Both the position numbers and the translations under genes were made by a program. A DNA stretch of 64,000 nt, from NCBI GenBank assembly GCA_030390025.1, contig JASTWF010000362.1, positions 248,001 to 312,000 on the forward strand, written 5' to 3'. Shown in pieces: positions 54,231 through 64,000 of the stretch. This DNA comes from Squalus acanthias. Lineage: Eukaryota. Each line of letters starts with the position of its first letter. Position 1 is the first letter of the stretch. Under the pieces are notes generated by a model. That model ran no database searches. It was not told the DNA's origin and saw only the letters and a list, made by a program, of their open reading frames with translations.

Positions 54231-54382
54231 TGGACTATAACCTGGTGTTGTGCGACTTCTCACTTTTATCCTTTTTGTCAGTCAATCTCTCCTGCCTTCC
54301 ACCCTATCACAGACCTTCCCTTTGTTCTTTCCTCCCCTCCTTCCTCCCCCTGCTTAAAAATCTCTCCTCTCTAACCTTTTCC

Positions 54383-54419
54383 AGTTCTGACGAAGGGTCC
54401 TCGACCTGAAACGTTAACT
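54383..54419 (+). ncRNA. Minimal hammerhead ribozyme motif
   Basis: agtt-CTGACGA-a-gggtc-ctc-gacct-GAAA-CG-TT-aact. Confidence 0.75.
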
Positions 54420-54640
54420 CTGTTTCTCTCCCCACGGATGCTGCCTGACCCGCTGAGTATTTCCAGCGTTTTCTGTTGTTATTTCAGATTGCCAGCCTCC
54501 GCAGTATTTTGCCAGTGCAGTAGCTTTAACCCAAACCCGAACCCACCCTCCCCGCCCAGGCGTGAGACTGGCGTTGCGCCAGTTACAGAGACCCCGCCGG
54601 ATCGAGGTCAGTGGAAACCGAAAATCCAGCGCTCCGCAGC

Positions 54641-54780
54641 TGACCTTCTCTCGAATGTTTATTTTGGGCTGCCCGGCCCGTTCAGAATTCCGCGCGTGCG
54701 CGTTTTTTTTTCCCATTTAAGAGCCGGCTGCGCGGGAGCTCCAGAGCGCTACGCGGCCGCCCGGCTCAGAGGGAGCGTTG
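54641..54780 (+). mobile_element. hAT-type MITE, degenerate
   Basis: Internal motif cgcgcgtgcgcgttttt..agccggctgcgcgggagctccagagcgct; end agagggagcgttg. Confidence 0.6.
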
Positions 54781-55181
54781 TCCGCGACGCCAGTCTCGCG
54801 CAAGTCAACGCACGTTTACACCCCCCTGGTGCCCGCGTACTTGTGTTTCCCCGCAGGGGTCACCCCGTGGCGATCAGGAGCAGGAACCCCCCCCGAGCTC
54901 GGAGTGCTGAGGCCAGTTGCGGCGCCCATGTTCTAACGGTGAACTCTGCAGCGACGACGGGATTTCAAAGCTGGGAAACTCGTTCTGAAACCAGCTTGAC
55001 GTACGCGTGCTCGCACTGCCACTGAGTGGTCAGCTGTGGTATTACAGGCATGTTTATTTCTACTTGTGATGGTAACAGCAGTGGGTGTAATTTGCACCGT
55101 TCACTGACGGTGGTGAGCGCCTGGTCTACGGAGGGGGTCTCACGTCACCACATGTGCGGAACTGAGACCCAATTTCGCTGT

Positions 55182-55211
55182 GTCAGCCGTGGCTCAGTGG
55201 GCAGCACTCTC

Positions 55212-55242
<31 letters not shown>

Positions 55243-56130
55243 TCCACTCCAGAGACTTCAGCACAAAAATCTAGGCTGACATTCCCAGTGCAGTACTGAG
55301 GGAGCGCCACACTGTCGGAGGGGCCGTACTGAGGGAACGCTGCACTGTCGGAGGGGCAGTACTGAGGGAGCGCCGCACTGTCGGAGGGGCAGTACTGAGG
55401 GAGTGCCGCACTGTCGGAGGGGCAGTACTGAGGGAACGCTGCACTGTCGGAGGGGCAGTGCTGAGGGAGCGCCGCACTGTCGGAGGGGCAGTAATGAGGG
55501 AGCGCTGCACTGTCAGAGGGGCAGTACTGAGGGAGCGCCGCACTGTCGGAGGGGCAGTGCTGAGGGAGCGCCGCACTGTCGGAGGGGCAGTACTGAGGGA
55601 GCGCTGCACTGTCGGAGGGGCAGTACTGAGGGAGCGCTGCACTGTCGGAGGGGCAGTACTGAGGGAGCGCTGCACTGTCGGAGGGGCAGTACTGAGGGAG
55701 CGCTGCACTGTCGGAGGGGCAGTACTGAGGGAGCGCTGCACTGTCGGAGGGGCAGTACTGAGGGAGCGCCGCACTGTCGGAGGGGCAGTACTGAGGGAGC
55801 GCCGCACTGTCAGAGGGGACGTCTTTCAGATGAGATGTAAAACTAAGGTGTCTGCTCTCTCAGGTGGACATAAAAGATCCTATGGCACTATTTGAAAGAA
55901 GAGCAGGGGAGTTCTCCCCGGTGTCCTGGGGCCAATATTTATCCATCAATCAACATCACTAAAACAGATTACCTGGTCATTATCACGTTGCTGTTTGTGG
56001 GAGCTTGCTGTGCGCCATTGGCTGCCGCGTTTCCTACATTACAACAGTGACTACACTTCAAAAAGTACTTCATTGGCTGTAAAGCAATTTGGGACGTCCT
56101 GAGGTTGTGAAATGTCAGTCTTTCTCTCTT
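55182..56130 (+). mobile_element. Deu-domain SINE with internal 33-bp tandem expansion
   Basis: Intact head and tail around about 16 units of cagtactgagggagcgctgcactgtcggagggg (about 55290-55818). Confidence 0.9.
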
Positions 56131-56449
56131 TTCCAATTTCGGGGTAATTTAGATAATAATCTTAACAAGTAGCACTTTAATCTGACACTTATTTTACACT
56201 ATTTTAGCAGAAGTTTTAATCCATTTATTTTAACATTGCTGACGGTAACTGTGGGGTCACCCCCCCCCCCCCCCCCACCCCAGTCTCCTCACTCCATTGT
56301 CACTGTGCAGTATTGGAGTACAGTCCCATCACATCACAAGTCCTCTGTGTAGATTTAACGCACCCTGGAAACGCAGTCGAATGTTATTGCACGCGATATT
56401 GTGCTTCATGCGGATTTAATGTGTTCTCCCCAGTCTGTTTCTGACTGGG

Positions 56450-58015
56450 GTATAGACCACACTTGGAGTACTGCGTACAGTTCTGGTCGCCATATTAGAA
56501 AAAGGATATAGAGACACTGGAGAGGGTGCAGAGAAGATTTACAAGGATGATATCAGAAATGCGAGGGTATACCTATCAGGAAAGGCTGAACAGGCTGGGG
56601 CTCTTTTTCTCTTGAAAAGAGAAGGCTGAGGGGTGACCTAATAGAGGTCTTTAAAATTATGAAAGGTTTTGATAGAGTGGATACAGAGAGAATGTTTCCA
56701 CTTGTGGGGAAGAGCAAAACTAGAGGCCATCAATATAAGATGGTCACCAAGAAATCAAATAGGGAATTCAGAAGAAATTTCTTTACCCAGAGTGGTGAGA
56801 ATGTGGAACTCGCTACCACAGGGAGTGGTTGAGACGAATAGTATAGATGCATTTAAAGGGAGGCTAGATAAGCACATGAGGGAGAAAGAAGGGAATAGAG
56901 GGTTATGCTGATAGATTTAGATGAGGAAAGACGGGAGGAGGCTCGAGTGGAGCATAAACGCCGGCATGGACTGGTTGGGCCGAATGGCCTGTTTCTGTGC
57001 CGTATATCCTATGTAATCCTATATAAAAGCTCGCTTTGTACTGGAGGTAGGTATCTGGTAACATTAATCAGGGCCAGAGTGGTGATCTGAACTAGTTTCG
57101 ATCACCAAAGGGGGTCGGAGAGGAATATCCAGGTTTTTTTCCCCCCCAAATTGTCCTGGGTTCTTATCTTTTTCTGCCTCGCCTAGGCGATCACATGACT
57201 TGCGGGGGTGCCTATCCTGATGTATCGGAACTGTGTGGGACAAGCCGGACGGAGCAGAGGGTCTTTCGCTGGCGGTATGAATAGGAACACAGGGATTTTA
57301 GATGAAAAAAGCCCAGAGTCCATCCAGTCCAGCTTCTACCATCCTGGTGGTTGCATGGTCCAACGATAATGGAGTTGTTGACTAATCCCAGCGATCAATC
57401 TCCATCAATGAGTCTACAACAGACCCAGACATGACAGGAGGGCAACCCCTGTGGTGGAGAGCTTTGGGACCCAGAGTCACCTGATCCTCCCGAGCACGCT
57501 ACACTCACCACACGTCATGTCTCAAATTACTCAGACTGTATCCCAAAATATTATTTCTGACAGAAACCTATGTAATTTGCATCTGAATGAATCGACACTA
57601 ACTGCTTCCACCATCTCCAGGGGGAGCCTGTTCCATAGATTGACCACTCGCTCACTGAAATGTTTCCACAGATTAGCTTCGAATTTCCCCTCCCTTCCAG
57701 CGCAGGCTGCGTCCCTGGTTCTACTCTTCCGGACACGGTGAAACAGCTCGTCACGGTCAACATTATCCAGTCCCTTTAGAATCCTAAAAACAGCAATCGG
57801 ATCACCTCTCGACTTTCTCTTTTCCAGTGAGAACATGCCCAATTCACATAATCGCTCCTCATAATACAATCCTTCCATCTCCTCAATCATTCTGGTTGCT
57901 CTCTTCTGTATCCTTTCAGTAGCTGCAATATCCTCTCTTACTGTGGCGACCAGAACTGTACATAGTATTCCAAGTGCAGTCACACCAATAATTTATAAAG
58001 TGGCAGGGTTACCTC
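56450..58015. mobile_element. Two CR1 3' fragments (+ 56450-57020; - about 57280-58015)
   Basis: CR1 ORF2 C-terminal motifs on both strands. Confidence 0.8.
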
Positions 58016-58219
58016 ACTATTTCGGCTCAATCTTGTCCCCTTCTAACCTCAGAGAAACAAAGAATGATACAGCACAGGAGGAGGCCATTCGGCCCATCGT
58101 GCCTGTGCCGGCTCTTTGGTAGAGCTATCCAATTAGTCCCACTCCCCCCTGCTCTTTCCCCATAGCCCTGCAAATTTTTCCTTTTCAAGTATTTATCCAA
58201 TTCCCTTTTGAAAGTTAAT

Positions 58220-58963
58220 GGGCCGAAAATTGATCCCGGGACGCGAGAGTACGCACTGCATACTCTCGCGTATTCCCACTCCAATTGCCGGTTTTCTGCA
58301 TGCCCTGCGCATGCGCTGAAAACCGGCAATTGCTCTTCTGAAAAGGGGGCGGGGCCTGAGTGCATCGCGTGCGCGCTACAGGCTGCGCGCACGCTGTGCA
58401 CTTCATGCTTTGGACGCGCAGGTAAGTAGGGAAGATTTTGGAAATGTAAAAAGGAGGAGTAAGACCCGCTTTTAAGAAGGTAAGTAGTGAATTAAGTATT
58501 TTTTTTAATTTTTTTTTACAGGTATATCTTTTTTATAGACTTTAAAGACAGGTAAGTTTATTTTTATAACTTTTTAAAAGATTTTAAATTTTTTCAAAAA
58601 TTTAATTTTTTATTTAAAATGGTTAATTTAATTAACTATACTTATTTTATTAATGTGATGGGTTTTTTTTTTAATTTAATTGAGGTTTAGCTGTTATTTT
58701 GGGGGGGTGTAAGATTCATAGATTTCACAGCCATGCTGTGAGACTTATGAATGGAAGATGGTGTGCTGCCATTGGCTCTAACTGAGTCACGTGATCCCAC
58801 AGCTCGCACGAATTAACTGCGCCGCTGGGATACGCAAGCCCAGCACAGCTGATGTCTGGAACATCAAGTTCGTGCGAGCTGGATCAGAAAAAGCATAAGC
58901 GAGGTGAGACAACGCGGGGAAGGCTTACCCCCGCGGGAACAGTGCGAGATCAATTTCTGGGCC
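58220..58963. mobile_element. Non-autonomous TIR element inserted in CR1
   Basis: TIR gggccgaaaattgatc / gatcaatttctgggcc; GC-rich arms around an AT-rich core; interrupts CR1 58050-59235. Confidence 0.75.
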
Positions 58964-59353
58964 ATTATTGAATCTGCTTCCACCGCCCTTTCAGGCAGCG
59001 CATTCCAGATCACAACTCACTGCATAAAAATAATTCTCCTCATCTCCCCTCTGGTTCTTTTGCCAATTACCTTCAATCTGTGTCCTCTGGTTACCGACCC
59101 TCCTGCCACTGGAAACAGTTTCTCCTTATTTACTCTAGCAAAACCCTTCATGATTTTGAGCACCTCTATCAAATCTCCTCTCCACCTTCTCTGCTCCAAG
59201 GAGACCAACCCCAGCTTCTCCAGTCTATCCACGTAACTGAAGTTAATGCAACTCAACACCTGATGTTCTTGACTCACTGCTGACCGTTGACCTCCCGCCC
59301 CATGTCCACCCGCTCGCTCTCACCTCTCCCCCTCTCTCTGTCTTGTTGAGCAG

Positions 59354-59488
59354 CCACGCCAGAGTCGCGACGGAGATCGAGTTGGCGGTGCGAGAAGTCC
59401 TGGCCGCGTCCAACCGAAGCTTCCTCCTCCTGTCGGGCATCATCGAGGGCGGCTCCGCGGCTGGTGACGTCTTGGAGGCCGAGGATCG
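59354..59488 (+). CDS. LAMC3: Laminin gamma-3 coiled-coil exon
   Basis: HARVATEIELAVREVLAASNRSFLLLSGIIEGGSAAGDVLEAEDR; CG|GTGAGT donor; phases 2/2. Absent from the ORF track. Confidence 0.87.
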
Positions 59489-60097
59489 GTGAGTGAGCCG
59501 CCAATCTCCATCTCCCCCCCCTCCCCACCCCCCCCCCCTCCCCCGATCGCGAAAATGGCCGCCGCGCCAAAGGAGGTATCGGGACAGGTGACCAAAAGGT
59601 CAAAGGGGCGGGTCTTAAAAAGCGTCTTAAAGGAGGAGAGAGATAGAGAGGCGGAGAGGTTTAGGGAGGGAGTTCCAGAGCTTAGGTCTCGGCAGCTGAA
59701 GGCACGGCCGCCAATGGTGCAGCGATGACAATCGGGCACGAGCAAGAGGCCAGAATTGGAGGCGCGCAGAGAACTTGGCGCGTTGGAGGAGAGCAGAGAG
59801 CTCGGAGGGCTGGAGGGGTCGGAGGTGCGGCCTAACCCTCCAGCGCAGTGACGTCATTGAAAGGGTTTGCATCGCGACCTGAGGATCGACAATGTTCGGA
59901 CTTGGGTGCAGATGACATCATCGCGCTGCCAATAGTGAAACGCGGACAGCTCAAATCCGCCGCCAATACACCGAAACTCCCCCTCCCCCCACCCACCCCC
60001 AAAATCCAGTCACCTGCGGCCGCGTCTCCCGCCCAAACAACAGTGATCGCACTTGAAAAGCAACACGACACATAAAGCACTTTGGGATGTTTGTAGG

Positions 60098-60560
60098 TGT
60101 CAGCCAGTGGCTCAGTGGGCAGCACTCTCGCCTCTGAGTCAGAAGGTCGTGGGTTCAAGTCCCCACTCCAGAGACTTGAGCTCAAATCTAGGCTGACACT
60201 CCCAGTGCAGTGCTGAGGGAGTGCTGCACTGTCGGAGGTGCCGTCTTTCGGATGAGATGTTAAACTGAGGCCCCGTCTGCTCTCTCAGGCGGATGTAAAG
60301 GATCCCAAGGCGGGTAAATGGAGTCGAGATCCACACCAGCCATGATCTAATTGAATGGTGGAACAGGCTCGAGGGGCTGAATGACTGACAGCCGTCAATA
60401 TGTTTCTATCCCTCAACCAACATCTGAAATAGATGACCTGATCCATTATCTCTTTGCTGTTTGTGGGAGCTTGCTGTGCGCAGATTGGCTGCCGCGTTTC
60501 CTACATTACAACAGCGGAACTTGAGAAGTGGGAAAGTGGGAAGCGCTTTGGGACATCCCG
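60098..60560 (+). mobile_element. Deu-domain SINE with CR1 3' fragment in the middle
   Basis: SINE head and core to 60305, CR1 3'UTR piece at about 60310-60385, SINE tail after. Confidence 0.75.
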
Positions 60561-60611
60561 AGGGGGCGAAAGGCGCTGGAGAAATCCTGATGGCTCTCTT
60601 CTCTTTTACAG

Positions 60612-60759
60612 ACTGCAGGCCTTGCAGAATAAAATGGAGGAGGTGGAGGTGGAGGTGGAGGAGGTGTTGAAGGAGGCGAAGAGGCTGTATGCCTCCACTC
60701 AGCAGGCTCGAGGGTCGAGTCCGGCTCTGCTTCTGAACCACACTGAACTGGAGCCAGAG
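60612..60759 (+). CDS. LAMC3: Laminin gamma-3 coiled-coil exon (gene continues beyond window)
   Basis: LQALQNKMEEVEVEVEEVLKEAKRLYASTQQ...ELEPE; ttttacag / GAG|GTCTG; phases 2/0. Confidence 0.85.
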
Positions 60760-63366
60760 GTCTGTGCACAGTCTCTTTCATCGTACTAACAGATCTCCCG
60801 TGACGTTGCTCCTGTCTAGTCTTGGATCCGCAACAGAGTTGCAGACCCTGGCCTGTCCCTTTAAGGCCACTGCTCAGATACTTCCTGTGAGGGAGCGCTC
60901 TAAGTAGGCACACCCGGAGGCCAGTTACTGTCGCTGTTGGCACTTCCTCTACATCGGCAGCACCTCTCCTTGTGGGAGAGGCCAAGCTATCTGCAGGCTT
61001 AGAAAAAACTAGCAGGAAATGACGGGCTTTCTTTCCCTTTTAAATTCCCCCCCCCCCCCCCCCGAAGATTCTTTCATAGAGTCATAACGGTATAGAAGGA
61101 GGCCATTCAGCCCATCGAGTCCGTGCCAGCTCTCTGTAGAGCAATCCAGTCAGTCCCATTCCCCCGCTCTATCCCCGGAGCCCTGCGAGTTTATTTCCCT
61201 CAAGTGCCTATCCAGTCTCCCCTTGAAAACATTGAGTGTGTCCGCTTCCACCACTTCCGTCGGCAGCGAATTCCAGGTCATTACCACTCGCTGCGTAAAA
61301 AAAAGTTTTTCTCACATCCCCCCTGTATCTCTTGCCCAAAACCTTAAATCTGTGTCCCCTAGTCCCTGTACCGTCAACTAGTGGGAACAGCCTTTCCCCG
61401 TCTAGCCTATCCAAACCCGTCATAATCTTGTACACCTCTATCAAATCACCCCTCAACCTCCTTTGCTCTAATGAAAACAAATCCAGCTTCTCCAACCTGT
61501 CCTTGTAGCTAAGATCCCCTATCCCCAGAACCATTCTGGTAAATCTCCTCTGCACCCTCTCAAGGACCTTCACATCCTTCCTAAAGTGTGGTGACCAGAA
61601 CTGGACGCAATACTCCAGCACTTTATAAAGGTTCAGCATAACTTCTCTACTTTTGTACTCAATACCTCTATTTATGAAGCCCAAGATCCCATATGCTTTG
61701 TTAACCACACTCTCAATATGTCCTGCCACCTTCAGGGACCTATGCACATTAACTCCCAGGTCCCTCTGTCCCTGCACACTCTTTAAAACTGTGCCATTAA
61801 GTGTATATTGCCTCTCCCTGTTCCTTCTGCCAAAATGCATCACCTCACACTTCTCTGTATTAAATTCAATCTGCTACTTGTCTGCCCATTCTGCTAGCCT
61901 TTCTATGTCCTGTTACAGTCGATTGGTATCCTCACTGTTTGCCTCACCCCCAAGTTTAGTGTAATCGGCAAATTTAGAAATTCTACTTTGTATTCCAATA
62001 TCCAGGTCACTTATATATATCAAAAAAAGCAGTGGCCCCAGCACTGACCCTTGGGGAACACCACTGTCTGCCATCCTCCAGTCTGAAAAACAGCCATTTA
62101 CCACAACTCGCTGTTTTCTGTCCTTAAGCCAATTCCTTATCCAAGCTGCCACTGACCCACCTATTCCATGAGCCTCAATTTTGTTAAACAGCCTTCTATG
62201 TGGTACTTTGTCAAATGCCTTCCTAAAATCCATGTAGACAACATCCATTGCATTCCCTTCATCAATCCTCCCTGTTACTTCATCAAAAAATTCAATTCTA
62301 TTAGTCAAACACGATCTGCCTTTTACAAACCCCTGTTGGCTCTCCTTAATTAGCTTAAACCTCTCCAAGTGCCCGTTAATTTTTTCCTTGATTATTGTTT
62401 CTAAAACTTTACCCACCACTGATGTTAAACTGACCGGCCTGTAGTTACTAGGATTGTCCTTACACCCTTTCTTGAACAATGGTGTCACATTTGCCACTTT
62501 CCAATCCTCGGGAAGATTGGAAAATTATGGCAAGCCCTTCCGCTATCTCCTCCCCCAATTCCCTTAGCAACCTGGGATGCAAGCCATCTGGACCAGATGA
62601 CTTATCCACTCTAAGCATACCCAGCCTTTCTAGTACATCCTGTATATCAATTTTCACCCCTTCCATTGCTTCTACCTTTTCCACTTACACCGATATTTTG
62701 TCAGCATCCACCTCCTTAGTAAACACTGATACAAAGTACTCATTGAGTATTCTAGCCTTGCCCTGCGCCTCTAAGCATATATCACCTTCTTTGTCCCTAA
62801 TAGGCCCCACCCCGCCTCTTACTACCCGCTTACTGTTTACATGCCGGTAGAAGATTTTTGGGTTCCCTTTTATGTTAACCGCCATTCTACTCTCATATTC
62901 TCTCTTTGCCAATCTTATTTTCATCTTCACTTCCCCTCTCAACTTATTGTATTTGGTCTGGTTCTCCCTTGAAGAATTCTCCTGACATTCATCATACACC
63001 CTCTTTTTTTTGTTTCTTCATCTTCTCTATCTCCCTTGTCATCCAAGGAGCCCTGGCTTTGGTTCCCTCCCTCTTGTTGAAATGGACCTAGCCTGTACTT
63101 GGAACATCTCCTCCTTAAAGATCACCCATTGTTCAGTTACAGTTTTTCCTGTCAGTCTTTGGTTCCATTTTACCCTGGTTAGATTCTTTTGCATCCCATT
63201 GAAGTTAGCCCGATTCCAGTTTAGAAGTTCCACTCTAGATTGTTCCTTGCTCCTCTCCATTGCTAATCTGAATCTTATGATACGATGATCACTCGTACCC
63301 AAGTGTTCTCCCACAGACACTTGGTCGGCCTGGCCCACCTCATTCCCCAGCAATGCCTCCTTCCTA

Positions 63367-63744
63367 AATAACAACAGAAAACGCTGGAAAAACTCAGCAG
63401 GCCAGGCAGCATCCGTGGAGAGAGAAACAGAGTTAACGTTTCAGGTCGAAGACCTTTCATCAGAACTGGAAAATTGCAGGAAATTGAATAGATTTTAAAG
63501 CAAGTTTAGGGGCTGGGAAAAGGGGGATGGGATGAAAGAACAAAAGGGAAGGTCAGTGATAGGATAGAAAGCAGGAGAGATTAAGAGACATGGAGAGACA
63601 TTAAGAGATATTCAAGGCAAGAGGAGGTGGAAATGGGACAGGTTGAGGAACAAAGGATGGCCCGAGATGAAGTGTGAATTGTGCTGGCAGAATGAAGGAC
63701 AGCTGCCATGTGGGAGGGAAGAAAAAAAGGGCCAAACAAAAGTG
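63367..63744 (-). mobile_element. Penelope-like 3' fragment inserted in CR1
   Basis: Same terminus as 15604 (aataacaacagaaaa); TSD tgcctccttccta at 63354-63366 and 63745-63757. Confidence 0.82.
63431..63467 (-). ncRNA. Minimal hammerhead ribozyme motif
   Basis: agtt-CTGATGA-a-aggtc-ttc-gacct-GAAA-CG-TT-aact. Confidence 0.75.
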
Positions 63745-64000
63745 TGCCTCCTTCCTAGTTGGGCCAAGAACATACTGGTCAAGGAAATTCTCCTGAGCGC
63801 ATTTCAGAAATTCCTCCCCCTCCTTTCCCTTTACCCTAGCATTATCCAAATCGATATTTGGGTAATTAAAGTCCCCCAATATCACCACTCTATAGCTCTT
63901 GCAAATCTCTGCGATTTCCCTGCAGATTTGCTCCTCTACCTCCCTCTCGTGTGATATGTTGTTGCTTTATGCAAAGTGTGACATTTGGAGGTGTCAGCCG

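Larger units (their letters stand above)
53355..54267. mobile_element. Second Penelope-like family fragment (fold-back), nested
   Basis: Inverted arms 53390-53427 plus 54162-54181 versus 54211-54267; TSD atcctttttgtca at 53342-53354 and 54268-54280. Confidence 0.8.
53065..54520. mobile_element. Penelope-like 3' remnant with inverted ends, host to nested insertions
   Basis: Minus-strand 3' end at 53065-53170 and plus-strand 3' end at about 54281-54513; TSD tagctttaacccaaa at 53050-53064 and 54521-54535. Confidence 0.8.
61075..63945 (-). mobile_element. CR1 LINE, most of ORF2 (endonuclease + RT), split by a PLE
   Basis: EN motifs ILGDFNYP and SDH; RT motifs YRPVSLTS, DFRKAFDKV, GVPQGSVLGP; frameshifted. 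Confidence 0.93.

Overview
Eukaryotic, repeat-dense vertebrate DNA. The Deu-SINE, CR1/L2 and Penelope content points to a cartilaginous fish (shark-like); this is an inference. A 200-N scaffold gap at 45703-45902 splits the window into two parts. Left of the gap lies the 5' third of PRRC2B on the minus strand: 14 phase-consistent GT-AG coding exons from ATG 27732 down to 303, about 793 codons, continuing out of the window. Right of the gap are 7 phase-consistent plus-strand exons of a laminin gamma chain, best matching LAMC3 (last EGF-like LE repeats and start of the coiled coil); its 5' part is missing at the gap. The introns carry many CR1/L2 LINE fragments, Deu-domain SINEs, a hAT-type MITE family with 8-bp TSDs, GC-rich TIR elements, five Penelope-like (PLE) insertions and several minisatellites. 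Most notable: (1) five minimal hammerhead-ribozyme motifs in PLE ends, three of them in a triple-nested block in a LAMC3 intron; (2) a minisatellite that amplifies a LAMC3 splice donor to 17 copies; (3) an out-of-frame uORF overlapping the PRRC2B start; (4) inverted CR1 pairs flanking PRRC2B exons. Gene names rest on recalled similarity to the human proteins; no database search was run. No prokaryotic system or CRISPR array is present.
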